Notes under the pieces: model-generated
Database searches by the model: none
The model's input: the letters and a program-made list of their open reading frames with translations, nothing else
Told to the model about the DNA's origin: nothing
Position numbers and translations under genes: made by a program
IMG/VR virus record: IMGVR_UViG_3300026549_000138
Strand: one strand, 5' to 3'
From: a virus
DNA: 42,274 nucleotides
In this document: one piece after another, positions 14,413 through 23,970 of the stretch
How positions within the stretch are numbered: the stretch's first letter is position 1
Layout of the letters: each line of letters starts with the position of its first letter

Positions 14413-16847
14413 TAAAATTGCAGCATAACCCAGAAGTGGATATTGCCACAGCCCACAAACGCTATGCTAAGAAATGGCGTAACAAGCGGATTGGATGGCA
14501 GGATTTGGTGAACAAGTGCGCCCAGACCAAACGGACGGACGAAACCATCAAGGAGTATTTGAAGATGAGCCGCGAAGAACAAGCCGACATTAAAGACGTT
14601 GGCGGTTTTGTCGGTGGCTATCTGTCAAACGGAACACGTAAGACGGCCAATGTATTGTACCGAACCATTGCCACGTTAGACATTGATTATGGCACGGCAG
14701 ACGTGTGGGAAGAGTTCACCCAGCAATACAGTTGCGCGGCCATGTTATACTCAACACATAAGCATACCAGCGAAAAGCCACGTTTCAGATTGTGCATACC
14801 GTTCAATCGGCAAGTGACCCCACAGGAATATGAGCCGATTTGCAGACGGATTGCCCACAACGTCGGCATTGAACTTTTCGACATTACGACCTACCAATTG
14901 CCCCGTCTATTCTATTGGCCAAGCACGGCCAAGAATGGTGAGTTTGTATTTGAGTACCAAGATGGCCCCAGCCTCAACGCCGACGAAGTGTTGGCCACAT
15001 ACATTGATTGGCGAAACGTCAGCGATTGGCCGACCTCACAGCGAGAGGGTGAGGTGATAAGTCATGAGATACGAAAGGCAGGCGACCCGTTGGAGAAACC
15101 CGGCCTCATTGGTGCATTTTGTCGTGCATACACCATCGAAGATGCCATTGAGAAGTTTTTGCCCGATGCCTACGAAAGAACGGGCATTGATGGCCGTTAC
15201 ACCTATAAGTTAGGAAGCGTTGCAGCCGGATTGGTTTGCTACGAGGGCAAATTTGCATATTCACACCATGAGACCGACCCAGCATCAAGGCAGCTTTGCA
15301 ATGCGTTTGACCTTTGCCGTATTCACCTTTTCGGAGTTCACGATGAGGGTACACGTCAGACCGATGTAACCAAATTGCCGTCGTATCTGAAAATGCAGGA
15401 TTTCGTGTCGGAAGATAAGACCGTGCGCGTGATGCTGACAAAGGAACGTCAGGCAGAGGCCGACAGCATATTTGCAGGTGTGACCGATGAGCCAGACGAT
15501 GCCGACGATGAGGCCGAGGAAAACACCGATTGGATGGCTGAGTTGGAGTTTGACAAGAAAGGCAATATCAAGTCAACGGCAAAGAACATCATTTGCATAT
15601 TGGAGAGAGACCCGAAGTTGGCAGGGCATTTGTGGCACGATGAGTTTACGGGTTTTGACCTCATCAAGAAAGGTTTGCCGTGGGATAAGAAAGCGAAGTT
15701 GTGGGGCAACAGAGACGATGCCAATTTGCGTATCTATCTGGAAGAGCAATACAACGTCACGGGAAAGGACAAAATCAAGGATGCCAAGGATGCCGTTTTG
15801 ACCCGTCACAGATTACACCCCATCCGTGAATATCTGAACGGGCTGCAATGGGATGGTGTGCCGCGTCTCGATCGTCTCATCATTGACTATATAGGTGCAG
15901 AAGATACGCCCCTCAACCGTGCAATGACGCGTAAGCATTTCACGGCAGCGGTGGCCAGAGTAATGCGCCCAGGGTGTAAGTATGATTATTGCCTCATCAT
16001 TGCAGGTGCAGAGGGAATTGGCAAATCCACGTTGCTCAACGTCATGGGTGGCCAATGGTTTTCTGACAGCCTCACAACGATGGAGGGCAAATTGGGCATG
16101 GAGCAATTGCGTGGTGCATGGCTCATTGAGTTGGGCGAATTGTCAAGCATCAAGCGAAGCGACGTTGAACAAGTAAAGTCGTACATTACACGTCAGGATG
16201 ATATTTACAGAGCCGCGTATGGCACGGTGGTTGAGAAGCACCCAAGGCAATGTGTGTTTTGTGGTACAACCAATGAGACCTATTTTCTCAAAGGTGACAC
16301 GGGCAACAGACGTTTTTGGGTAATCAAGATTGTGCCGGAACTACGAAAGCACAGCAACATCAAAGAAGCCATTGAGCGTGACCGTGACCAACTTTGGGCA
16401 GAGGCCGTGCAAAGGTGGCGTGATGGTGAGCAGCTTTATTTGCCCCAAGATTTGGAGGCTGAGGCCCGACAGAGACAACAGGAATATAACGACGATAGCG
16501 ACGACCCATTGAAGAGCCTTTTGGCGGTGTATCTGGATAAGAGATTGCCGACAGATTGGCCGTCGTGGGATTTGCAGCGACGACGTGCGTATTTCACCCA
16601 GAGCGACCCATTGGATGCCGAGGGTGTGACCCTCAGAGACCGTGTTTGCGTTGCTGAGTTCATTTGTGAGCAGATGGGCAGAAGCATGGCAGATAAAGAA
16701 TATAAGTACATGGCCAGACGTATTGCCAAACTGTTAGATGAGTTTGACGGGTGGGAACGTGTCAGCGTTTCACGTCATGCAGAAAAATTGTACGGCAGAC
16801 AAAAGGCGTGGGTAAGAAAGGAGGTTGACAATGAGGGTGATATTTAG
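14409..16847 (+). CDS. Primase-helicase: AEP-like primase N-terminal domain plus VirE/D5-like P-loop NTPase
   Basis: ATLDIDYG (DxD) and YSTHKH (sxH) are AEP-like motifs. The Walker A is AGAEGIGKST. CVFCGTTNE and RRFWVIK are VirE-family-like. Confidence 0.8.
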   Translation: MIKLQHNPEVDIATAHKRYAKKWRNKRIGWQDLVNKCAQTKRTDETIKEYLKMSREEQADIKDVGGFVGGYLSNGTRKTANVLYRTIATLDIDYGTADVWEEFTQQYSCAAMLYSTHKHTSEKPRFRLCIPFNRQVTPQEYEPICRRIAHNVGIELFDITTYQLPRLFYWPSTAKNGEFVFEYQDGPSLNADEVLATYIDWRNVSDWPTSQREGEVISHEIRKAGDPLEKPGLIGAFCRAYTIEDAIEKFLPDAYERTGIDGRYTYKLGSVAAGLVCYEGKFAYSHHETDPASRQLCNAFDLCRIHLFGVHDEGTRQTDVTKLPSYLKMQDFVSEDKTVRVMLTKERQAEADSIFAGVTDEPDDADDEAEENTDWMAELEFDKKGNIKSTAKNIICILERDPKLAGHLWHDEFTGFDLIKKGLPWDKKAKLWGNRDDANLRIYLEEQYNVTGKDKIKDAKDAVLTRHRLHPIREYLNGLQWDGVPRLDRLIIDYIGAEDTPLNRAMTRKHFTAAVARVMRPGCKYDYCLIIAGAEGIGKSTLLNVMGGQWFSDSLTTMEGKLGMEQLRGAWLIELGELSSIKRSDVEQVKSYITRQDDIYRAAYGTVVEKHPRQCVFCGTTNETYFLKGDTGNRRFWVIKIVPELRKHSNIKEAIERDRDQLWAEAVQRWRDGEQLYLPQDLEAEARQRQQEYNDDSDDPLKSLLAVYLDKRLPTDWPSWDLQRRRAYFTQSDPLDAEGVTLRDRVCVAEFICEQMGRSMADKEYKYMARRIAKLLDEFDGWERVSVSRHAEKLYGRQKAWVRKEVDNEGDI

Positions 16848-17121
16848 GATTGACAAAAACGGCTCAGTTGACAATTTTCAGTTGACACGATGCACAAAAT
16901 TGGCTAAAGTGTGCAGTTGCTTTGTCAACCGAATTTTTGAGTTGACAAGTCAGTTGACAAGTCAGTTGACAAAGAAAGTGCCTAAAAATCAATACTTTAT
17001 ATATAATTGTCAATTGTCAACTATAAATTATAAAAAAATAGTGTTTAATAAAAAAGTATGTTTAGAAATAGTGTTTTATTGAATCATACGGGATTTACGC
17101 GCACGCGTGAGAATTGACAAC
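16824..17121. promoter_or_regulatory. Putative replication origin: GTTGACA iterons plus AT-rich unwinding region
   Basis: GTTGACA occurs at 16824, 16867, 16881, 16941, 16953 and 16965 (the last three have a 12-bp period). ATTGACA occurs at 16849 and 17113. Inverted TGTCAAC/T copies are at 16923, 17008 and 17015. The AT-rich stretch at 17022-17085 has aaatagtgttt twice. Confidence 0.6.
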
Positions 17122-17131
17122 AGATTGAAAG

Positions 17132-17443
17132 ATGAAAAAGAGTATTGCAAATATAGTGAATCATGCCGAGGTATCGGAGAAAGCCATTGAGCGTTATTTG
17201 TTCGATAGCGTAAAGATGGCAGGTGGTGTGTGCCTGAAGTATTCCAACCCGAACATGGCAGGCTACCCCGACCGTGTGGCTATCATGCCAAATGGTGTGA
17301 CTGTATGGGTAGAGTTGAAGAGCCAAGGAAAGAAGCCCAGCAAGTTGCAGGTGATACGGATTGAATCAATGAGGCAGTTAGGCCACAAGGTTTATGTGAT
17401 AGACAGCAAACAAGGTGTGGATTTAATGATGAGCGAATTATGA
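17132..17443 (+). CDS. VRR-NUC domain nuclease
   Basis: 103 aa. GYPDRVAI...VWVELK is a PD-(D/E)XK core typical of VRR-NUC, and the gene precedes the SNF2 helicase. Confidence 0.7.
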   Translation: MKKSIANIVNHAEVSEKAIERYLFDSVKMAGGVCLKYSNPNMAGYPDRVAIMPNGVTVWVELKSQGKKPSKLQVIRIESMRQLGHKVYVIDSKQGVDLMMSEL

Positions 17444-18822
17444 TTTACAGACCCTACGAATATCAGCAAACGGCAATGCGATGGATTATTGACCATCCGC
17501 GTTGTGGCCTATTTCTCGACATGGGATTGGGTAAGACGGTCAGCACCCTCACAGCCATTCAGAACCTCATGGACGATTGCGAGGTGAGCCGTACATTGGT
17601 GGTGGCCCCGAAGAAAGTGGCCGAAACAACATGGACTACTGAGGCCCAGAAATGGGAACACCTCAAAAGCCTCAAAGTGGTTAAGGTGTTAGGCACGGAG
17701 AAACAGCGGTGCATGGCATTACAGACCAAAGCCGATGTGTACGTGACAGGACGCGATAATTTTGTTTGGTTGGTTGGCAAATATGGTGGGATGCTACCAT
17801 TTGACGTTTTGGTGATTGACGAATTGACCAGCTTTAAGAGTTCAAAGAGTGAGCGTTTCAAGGCAATGCGTATTGCCGTGCCGACTGTCAAGCGTGTTAT
17901 TGGTTTGACGGGTACACCGGCCCCAAATGGATTGATTGACCTTTGGGCACAGATGTATTGTCTGGATATGGGCGAGCGTTTGGGTAAGAACGTCACGAAG
18001 TACAGAGAGACGTATTTTGAGACACACAAATGGAATAACATTATTGTGCGTTGCGACGTGAAGAAAGGTTGTGAGGATATTATCAGAAACAAGATTGCCG
18101 ACATTTGTTTGTCGATGCAAGCCAAGGATTATTTGACATTGCCCGACCTATTGACCCATACGATCCAAGTGCCATTGTCTGCATCCACGATGGAGAAATA
18201 CCAGAAGTTTGAGAAAGAGAAAGTGTTGGAGTTTGCAGAAGAGCATAAGGATGAGCCATCGAACATTCTGGCTAATAGTGCAGCCGGATTGATGAATAAG
18301 TTAGCCCAATTTGCCAATGGTGCAATCTACGATGAGGACAGAGAGGTGCATGAGATACACAATGACAAAGTGGATAAGTTGGCAGAGATTGTTGAGGCTG
18401 CAAACGGCAACAGCGTTTTGGTATTCTACCAATTCAAACATGACATTCCCAGAATCATAAAGAAGTTAAAGGGGTATCGTGTAGAGGCGTATGAGGGTGA
18501 GAAGCAGTTGGTGGCATGGAATAAGGGGGAGATAGACGTGTTGTTGGCCCACCCTGCATCAACAGCCTATGGCCTCAATATGCAGGAAGGTGGCCATTAC
18601 ATTGTGTGGTTTGGTGTTGGCTGGAATCTGGAACACTACCAACAGGCAAATGCCCGATTGCACCGTCAAGGCCAGAAGCACCCAGTTACCGTGTACAAAC
18701 TCATTTGTCCTAACACAGTGGACGAGAGAGCGGATGCAGCATTGGGCAGCAAGACGGGAGTGCAGCAAGGGTTATTGGATAGCCTTAATTACCTCATGCG
18801 TAAGTACCAAGGTGAGATTTGA
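17440..18822 (+). CDS. SNF2-family (DEAD/H-like) helicase
   Basis: Walker A is GLGKT, motif II is VIDELTSF, then LTGTPAPNG, and motif VI is QQANARLHRQGQ. Confidence 0.85.
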   Translation: MIYRPYEYQQTAMRWIIDHPRCGLFLDMGLGKTVSTLTAIQNLMDDCEVSRTLVVAPKKVAETTWTTEAQKWEHLKSLKVVKVLGTEKQRCMALQTKADVYVTGRDNFVWLVGKYGGMLPFDVLVIDELTSFKSSKSERFKAMRIAVPTVKRVIGLTGTPAPNGLIDLWAQMYCLDMGERLGKNVTKYRETYFETHKWNNIIVRCDVKKGCEDIIRNKIADICLSMQAKDYLTLPDLLTHTIQVPLSASTMEKYQKFEKEKVLEFAEEHKDEPSNILANSAAGLMNKLAQFANGAIYDEDREVHEIHNDKVDKLAEIVEAANGNSVLVFYQFKHDIPRIIKKLKGYRVEAYEGEKQLVAWNKGEIDVLLAHPASTAYGLNMQEGGHYIVWFGVGWNLEHYQQANARLHRQGQKHPVTVYKLICPNTVDERADAALGSKTGVQQGLLDSLNYLMRKYQGEI

Positions 18823-18839
18823 TTGTGTAACGTAATCGA

Positions 18840-19193
18840 ATGAATATGGCCAAGAATGAAACATACAATAAATTGATACACACTGCCCGATGGCTGCAAT
18901 TGCGTCGGCAGGTGTTAAATGCCCATCCGATATGCCAGATGTGCGAGGCAGAGCGCAGGGTGAGCGCAGCGACCGAGGTACACCACATCGTACCCGTTGA
19001 AACAGCAGTAAGTGAGCGAGAAATGGCAGCTTTGATGTTTGACCCTCACAACGTCATGGCATTGTGTCACAAGCATCATCAGGAAGTACACCAGACGTTA
19101 GGCAAAGGAGGAAAGCAAGAGCGACGAAAACGGGCTGATGCACGGCTGCAAAATTTTGTTAAAAAATTTTTCAACGATGAAGTCGGGCCATGA
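18840..19193 (+). CDS. HNH endonuclease (packaging-associated)
   Basis: CQMC...EVHHIVPV...NVMALCHKHHQEVH is an HNH motif, and the gene lies upstream of the terminase genes. Confidence 0.8.
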   Translation: MNMAKNETYNKLIHTARWLQLRRQVLNAHPICQMCEAERRVSAATEVHHIVPVETAVSEREMAALMFDPHNVMALCHKHHQEVHQTLGKGGKQERRKRADARLQNFVKKFFNDEVGP

Positions 19194-19346
19194 TTTTGAA
19201 ACGGGAGGGAGGCCGAATAAACCCCGCCAAAACCTTTCTCTTCACACGAAGTGAGTTTTTAGGCCGTGGGGGCACAGCCCCAATTTTTTGCCCATATTCA
19301 ATTATTTGCCGATATTTTCAGTAAAAACGCAATAAAAGACCCAGAT

Positions 19347-20039
19347 ATGAGATTTGATGATGATATTTTCGATTTTGCCAATTTCGGCAAGGGCCAGGCC
19401 CCAGCCGAGCCAGAGGCAGCAATGGCCAGCGATGAGGGCGCAGATGCCGCAGACAGAGCCGAGGCCAAACGGGCACACCGACGTACAAAGGAATGTACCG
19501 AACTAAGCCAGCGTTATGAGTACCGCCGTGCTTTCTCAGAGGTGAGAATGTTGGAGGCCATGAAGTATGTGCCATTGCAGGATGGCCACACCTACAATTT
19601 CATTACCGCTGGCGACGTGGATAGTTTGTCATTCCTGAAAGTGGTATTGAACCAGCACGATTTGGATTTCATGCTTTGCTCCACATGGTGTATGGCCGCA
19701 GAGGATATTTTGCAGATTCAGCAATGGTGGGAGGCAGGGCGCATTAAGAAATTCGATATGTACATGGGTGAGATATTCCCCGGCAGTTACAAAATCGAGT
19801 GGCAGATGGTCAAAAAATTCTATGCCGCCCACCCGGACGTTGGCCGTGCCGCCATCTTCAAGAACCACAGCAAGATTTACGCAGGGTGCAATGTGGCCGA
19901 TGGGTTTTACTTTGGCATACAGACATCGGCAAATATCAATACCAATCCGCGAACTGAGCAAGGGAGTATAACAGTCGATAAAGGTATCTTTGATTTTTAC
20001 AAAGATTACTTTGACGGCATAAATAGTTTTGAGAAATGA
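19347..20039 (+). CDS. Hypothetical protein with a possible PLD-like HxK...SxN motif
   Basis: The motif is NHSKIYAGCNVADGFYFGIQTSANIN. I preferred the ATG at 19347 over the GTG at 19266. Its stop overlaps the TerS start. Confidence 0.5.
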   Translation: MRFDDDIFDFANFGKGQAPAEPEAAMASDEGADAADRAEAKRAHRRTKECTELSQRYEYRRAFSEVRMLEAMKYVPLQDGHTYNFITAGDVDSLSFLKVVLNQHDLDFMLCSTWCMAAEDILQIQQWWEAGRIKKFDMYMGEIFPGSYKIEWQMVKKFYAAHPDVGRAAIFKNHSKIYAGCNVADGFYFGIQTSANINTNPRTEQGSITVDKGIFDFYKDYFDGINSFEK

Positions 20040-20779
20040 CAGAGCAGGATCGAGACAAGCAAAAGGCCGCAGTTGTGGCCGAGATAGTCAGGAGCAAAGG
20101 TTTTAAGACCGTGGCGTGTTCAAACGTCGGCCTCAACCCACGGACATTCAGGCAATGGATGGCCACCGATGCTGAGTTTAGGCAGGCCGTCGAGGATGCC
20201 GTGGAGATTGCCCGTGATTACCGCGACGATATGGCCGAAAAGAAATTGTATGAGAACGTGGAGGCAGGCGACGTGACCAGCATTATTTTTTATTGCAAAA
20301 CCCGTCTGAAAAATCGAGGGTACACGGAAAAGGTATTGCCGCAGCCCCAGCCAGAGCAAGCACCGGCCCAGCCGACATTGCCAGAGCCTCAGATTGTGGA
20401 TGGTGAGAAGATTGCCGCATCCATCCAAAAGAAGATTACGGCCAAAAAGACCTACATTGTTAAGTTGCTCAAAAAGCAAAACAAGTACACACCCGAATTG
20501 TCAATGCAGGTCAAGATTGTGGCGCAGCTGTTGGTTAGGACAGAGATATTGGCCGAGCAGATATTTGATGTCAACCACAAGCCCGTCAATGTGGAGTTAT
20601 CCCGTGAGGGCAACGAGCGTGAGAGTATCAGCCCCAAGGAAAAATTGTATCTGGATTTGCTGACCCAGAGCCAAAAGGCACTCAGGGCGTTGGGTATGAA
20701 CACGGACAGCCGAGAGCGTAAGACTGACAACGATGGTTTTGCCGACTTTATTAACCAATTCAAGGATGAGGAAGAATGA
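20036..20779 (+). CDS. terS: Terminase small subunit
   Basis: The N-terminus is HTH-like. The AEKKLYENVEAGDVTSIIFYCKTRLKNRGY motif is common in TerS. The gene is directly upstream of TerL and translationally coupled to it. Confidence 0.65.
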   Translation: MTEQDRDKQKAAVVAEIVRSKGFKTVACSNVGLNPRTFRQWMATDAEFRQAVEDAVEIARDYRDDMAEKKLYENVEAGDVTSIIFYCKTRLKNRGYTEKVLPQPQPEQAPAQPTLPEPQIVDGEKIAASIQKKITAKKTYIVKLLKKQNKYTPELSMQVKIVAQLLVRTEILAEQIFDVNHKPVNVELSREGNERESISPKEKLYLDLLTQSQKALRALGMNTDSRERKTDNDGFADFINQFKDEEE

Positions 20780-22521
20780 CCGAAGAAGAGAAAGTAAGAG
20801 AGCGACAATTTAAGGCCGACGTGGTGGCCGACCTGCAAAGGCAACGGCCATATCTGGCCACCCGTTACCGCCGTGCGCTGGATGATACCGACCCACGCAT
20901 GGCGCAGTATGTGTTTGGTGTGATAGACAACCCAGATGCCCACAACCTTTATGAGCATTTGGCCATCCGGCGTTTCTTCAAGATGCTGGATAAGTACGAT
21001 TGGAAGAAAGGCCGCGTTAAGCGTTTCATCAAGTTTTACGAGGTGTTGCGTTTCAATGGTACGTCTGGCAGAACCCGATACAAGTTGACACCCGTGCAGA
21101 CGTTTCAGTTTGCCAACATATTCGGGTTTGTTGATGCAATTGGCCGTCGGCTCATTCGTACTGTTTACATCTTTGTGCCGCGTAAATTCAGCAAAACCAC
21201 GTCGGCTGCATCATTGGCCGTGTTTGATATGCTGTTTGGCGACAACAATGCTCAGGCATACGTTGGGGCAAACAGTTACGAGCAGGCCAAAATTTGCTTT
21301 GATGAGATACGGGCAATAATGCAGGATATTGACCCAGCCTCCCGGCATTTCCGCGTGAACCGTGAGAAAATCACCTTTAAGGACAGAGGCCGTGACAGCC
21401 TCATCCGATGCCTAACGGCCAACGCCAAGACGCAGGACGGTTTACACGCCTCATTGGTGATAATGGATGAGTACGCCCAGGCACGGAACACGGCAGGGAA
21501 GAACGGCGCAGACCTCAAAAACGTGCTGACATCTTCGATGGGGCCACGCCGTGAGCCGTTGACGATGATTATTACCACGGCCAGCGACGTGATAGATGGC
21601 CCGTTTGCGCATGAGTTGGAGGGCGTGAAAAAGGTACTCAGAGGCGAGGCCGAGGCCGACACCATGTTTGCTTCACTATTTATGCCCGACGTGGACGATG
21701 AGGAAAACGACCCCCACACATGGGCAAAGGTGCAACCCCATTTGGGTATTACCGTGCAGCCCGATTTCTACGAAAAGGAGTATGAGACCGCCCAGCTGTC
21801 AGCCGAGAATATGTTGGCGTTTCGTACCAAGTTGCTCAACGTGTTTGCTGTCAACGATGAAACGGCATGGCTACCAGAGAAAGTTTGCCAGAGCCTCATG
21901 GGAGATTTCGACATTGACCATGTGCAGGGCAAGCCATCGTGTGCCGTGGCGTTTGATTTGTCGGTGCATGATGATTTCAGCGCAGTTTCTTATACCATCT
22001 ATCTGGAGGCCAACAAACGCTTTTACACCCATACCGACTATTATTTCCCGGAGGGTGCATTGCCCGGCCACCCTAATGAGCAGCTTTACAGGCTATGGCA
22101 TGAGGCAGGGCATTTGAAGTTATGCAAGGGAAAGAAGATTGACGTGAGGCAGGTGGGCAATGATATATTGGCACGATCCAAACGTGTGCGCATTATCCGT
22201 ATCAGTTATGATGCCTACAAAGCGCAGGATTTGGTGAACATCTTGCGAGTGTTGGGAGGCCCCGACACGTTGCAGCCATACAGCCAGACCAACGGCAATT
22301 TCAATTTGCCCGTCGAGAGTTTTGAAATGATGGCCTACAATGACCCACCACAAATTACGCTCAACAACAACCCCATCAATCTGTATTGCCTGATGAATTG
22401 CGTAATTGACGAGGATAGGTTGGAGAATAAGAAGCCAATGAAAGTGAGCCAATACAGAAAGATTGACGGCGTGATTACGTGCCTAATGACAATTGGGGCA
22501 CTCTATTCATACGAAAGATAA
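20776..22521 (+). CDS. terL: Terminase large subunit
   Basis: 581 aa. The Walker A-like motif is VPRKFSKTT and the Walker B is LVIMDEYAQ. The C-terminal region is nuclease-like. Confidence 0.85.
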   Translation: MTEEEKVRERQFKADVVADLQRQRPYLATRYRRALDDTDPRMAQYVFGVIDNPDAHNLYEHLAIRRFFKMLDKYDWKKGRVKRFIKFYEVLRFNGTSGRTRYKLTPVQTFQFANIFGFVDAIGRRLIRTVYIFVPRKFSKTTSAASLAVFDMLFGDNNAQAYVGANSYEQAKICFDEIRAIMQDIDPASRHFRVNREKITFKDRGRDSLIRCLTANAKTQDGLHASLVIMDEYAQARNTAGKNGADLKNVLTSSMGPRREPLTMIITTASDVIDGPFAHELEGVKKVLRGEAEADTMFASLFMPDVDDEENDPHTWAKVQPHLGITVQPDFYEKEYETAQLSAENMLAFRTKLLNVFAVNDETAWLPEKVCQSLMGDFDIDHVQGKPSCAVAFDLSVHDDFSAVSYTIYLEANKRFYTHTDYYFPEGALPGHPNEQLYRLWHEAGHLKLCKGKKIDVRQVGNDILARSKRVRIIRISYDAYKAQDLVNILRVLGGPDTLQPYSQTNGNFNLPVESFEMMAYNDPPQITLNNNPINLYCLMNCVIDEDRLENKKPMKVSQYRKIDGVITCLMTIGALYSYER

Positions 22522-22551
22522 GTTAAAGTTTGTTAAATATTTTTCGGTGGC

Positions 22552-22647
22552 TGTTTTGCTTTGTAGCGCATTGTTTTGCTTTGTCCTACATTGTAAAGCG
22601 GCCATTTTTAATATGTGTATCTTTGCGGCAGATAACTTTGCAAAGAT
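22552..22647 (+). promoter_or_regulatory. Candidate late/structural promoter region upstream of the portal gene
   Basis: The direct repeat tgttttgctttgt occurs twice (22552-22564, 22572-22584). TAnnTTTG boxes are tatctttg at 22618-22625 and taactttg at 22633-22640. The palindrome ctttgcaaag is at 22636-22645. Confidence 0.4.
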
Positions 22648-23970
22648 ATGAATTTTCCTAAATGGCTGAACCCCGCAACGTGGTTTTCCAGAGAGGAAAC
22701 CATTGTTGAGACAGGTACGGAAGAGGTGGCAACAAACACTCAATCCGCACCCGATACTCCACGCACGGGCGGTTATTCGTTTTGGGAACTTTTAGCAGGT
22801 GGCAACAGCACCGCATTGTCGATTGCAACGGTGTACCGTTGCGTTAATCTGTTGGCCGATAGTGTGGCCGTTTTGCCGTGTCAGTTTATGCGGCAGAAAG
22901 ATGGCCGATTTGTCGTTGATACCAACAGCCGATTGCATTACCTTTTGAATGTACAGCCAGACACAGCATTGAGCGCGTTTGATTTTTGGCGGCAAGTGGT
23001 ACAGCGATTGTTGATGGATGGCAATGCCTACATCGTACCCGTTTACAACACCGTATCATTGGAGATTGACCGTCTGGCATTGTGTGGCCGTGGCACAGTA
23101 AGCCACGACACAACCAATGACACGTACACCGTCACGGATGCCGACAACGGAATTTATGGCGTGTATGATGAGGATGAGATTATCCACATTAAGGGCATGA
23201 GCGTTGACGGCAAGCATGGTGTGAGCGTATTAACGTACGCCCGTCTTACATCGAATATTGCTACCACAGGCGATGCCGAAACGCTTAAACGCTTTGCCAA
23301 TGGTGGTAACGTCAGAGGTATCATTTCCAACGATAACAGCGTAAGAGGTTTTGGCGAGTACCAGGATGAGGAATTGGAGAAAACGGCAGTTGATGTTGAC
23401 GGACGTTTCCAAGCAGGGCAGCACATCGTATCTTTGCCCGGTCAAGTCCAATTTACTCAGATGTCGATGAGTTCAGTGGATATGCAGTTTTTGGAGAGCC
23501 GCAAATTTACCGTGAGAGAGATTTGCCGTTTCTTCGGTGTGCATCCATCTTTTGTGTTCGACGATACCAGTAACAATTACAAGTCCGCTGAAATGGCCAA
23601 CGTGGCATTTCTCAATAACACCCTCAACCCTATTTTGCGTAAGATTGAGGCCGAGTTGTTGCGTAAGTTGGTGGCCCCGACGCTGGCAACCAAGCGAAAG
23701 TTTGAGTTTAACCGCCAATCACTTTATGCGTGTGATTTGGAGAGCAGAGGCAAGTATTGGAAGCAGGTTATTGAAACGGGATTGTACACCGTCAATGAGT
23801 TGCGCCGTGAAGAGAACAAGCCCGATGTGGAGGGTGGCGACACGGTGTTGGTGTCTGCCAATCTGAAATCCATTACCAATCTGGCCGCAGAGGGAGAACC
23901 GACACAGACAGAACCCGATAAGAACCCCGACGATAACAAGAAAAAGGAGGATAGCGAAGATGAAGAATAA
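22648..23970 (+). CDS. Portal protein (HK97 family)
   Basis: 440 aa, in the position after TerL. ATVYRCVNLLADSVAVLP is a portal-like N-terminal motif, and the C-terminus is acidic. Confidence 0.85.
   Translation: MNFPKWLNPATWFSREETIVETGTEEVATNTQSAPDTPRTGGYSFWELLAGGNSTALSIATVYRCVNLLADSVAVLPCQFMRQKDGRFVVDTNSRLHYLLNVQPDTALSAFDFWRQVVQRLLMDGNAYIVPVYNTVSLEIDRLALCGRGTVSHDTTNDTYTVTDADNGIYGVYDEDEIIHIKGMSVDGKHGVSVLTYARLTSNIATTGDAETLKRFANGGNVRGIISNDNSVRGFGEYQDEELEKTAVDVDGRFQAGQHIVSLPGQVQFTQMSMSSVDMQFLESRKFTVREICRFFGVHPSFVFDDTSNNYKSAEMANVAFLNNTLNPILRKIEAELLRKLVAPTLATKRKFEFNRQSLYACDLESRGKYWKQVIETGLYTVNELRREENKPDVEGGDTVLVSANLKSITNLAAEGEPTQTEPDKNPDDNKKKEDSEDEE

Noticed and set aside
16941-16976. Three 12-bp tandem repeats that might be a mini CRISPR array.
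   Set aside because: The repeats are contiguous with no spacers, far shorter than CRISPR repeats, and there are no cas genes.
16825-17082. 85-aa plus-strand ORF in the gap after the primase gene.
   Set aside because: Its translation (…ELTSQLTSQLTKK…, NCQLSTINYKK) simply reads through the GTTGACA iterons and the AT-rich tract. It is more plausibly a non-coding origin region.
16824-17121. The TTGACA motifs could be sigma-70 -35 promoter boxes.
   Set aside because: The other signals point to a Bacteroidota host, whose promoters use TTTG / TAnnTTTG. The density and both-orientation arrangement fit iterons better.
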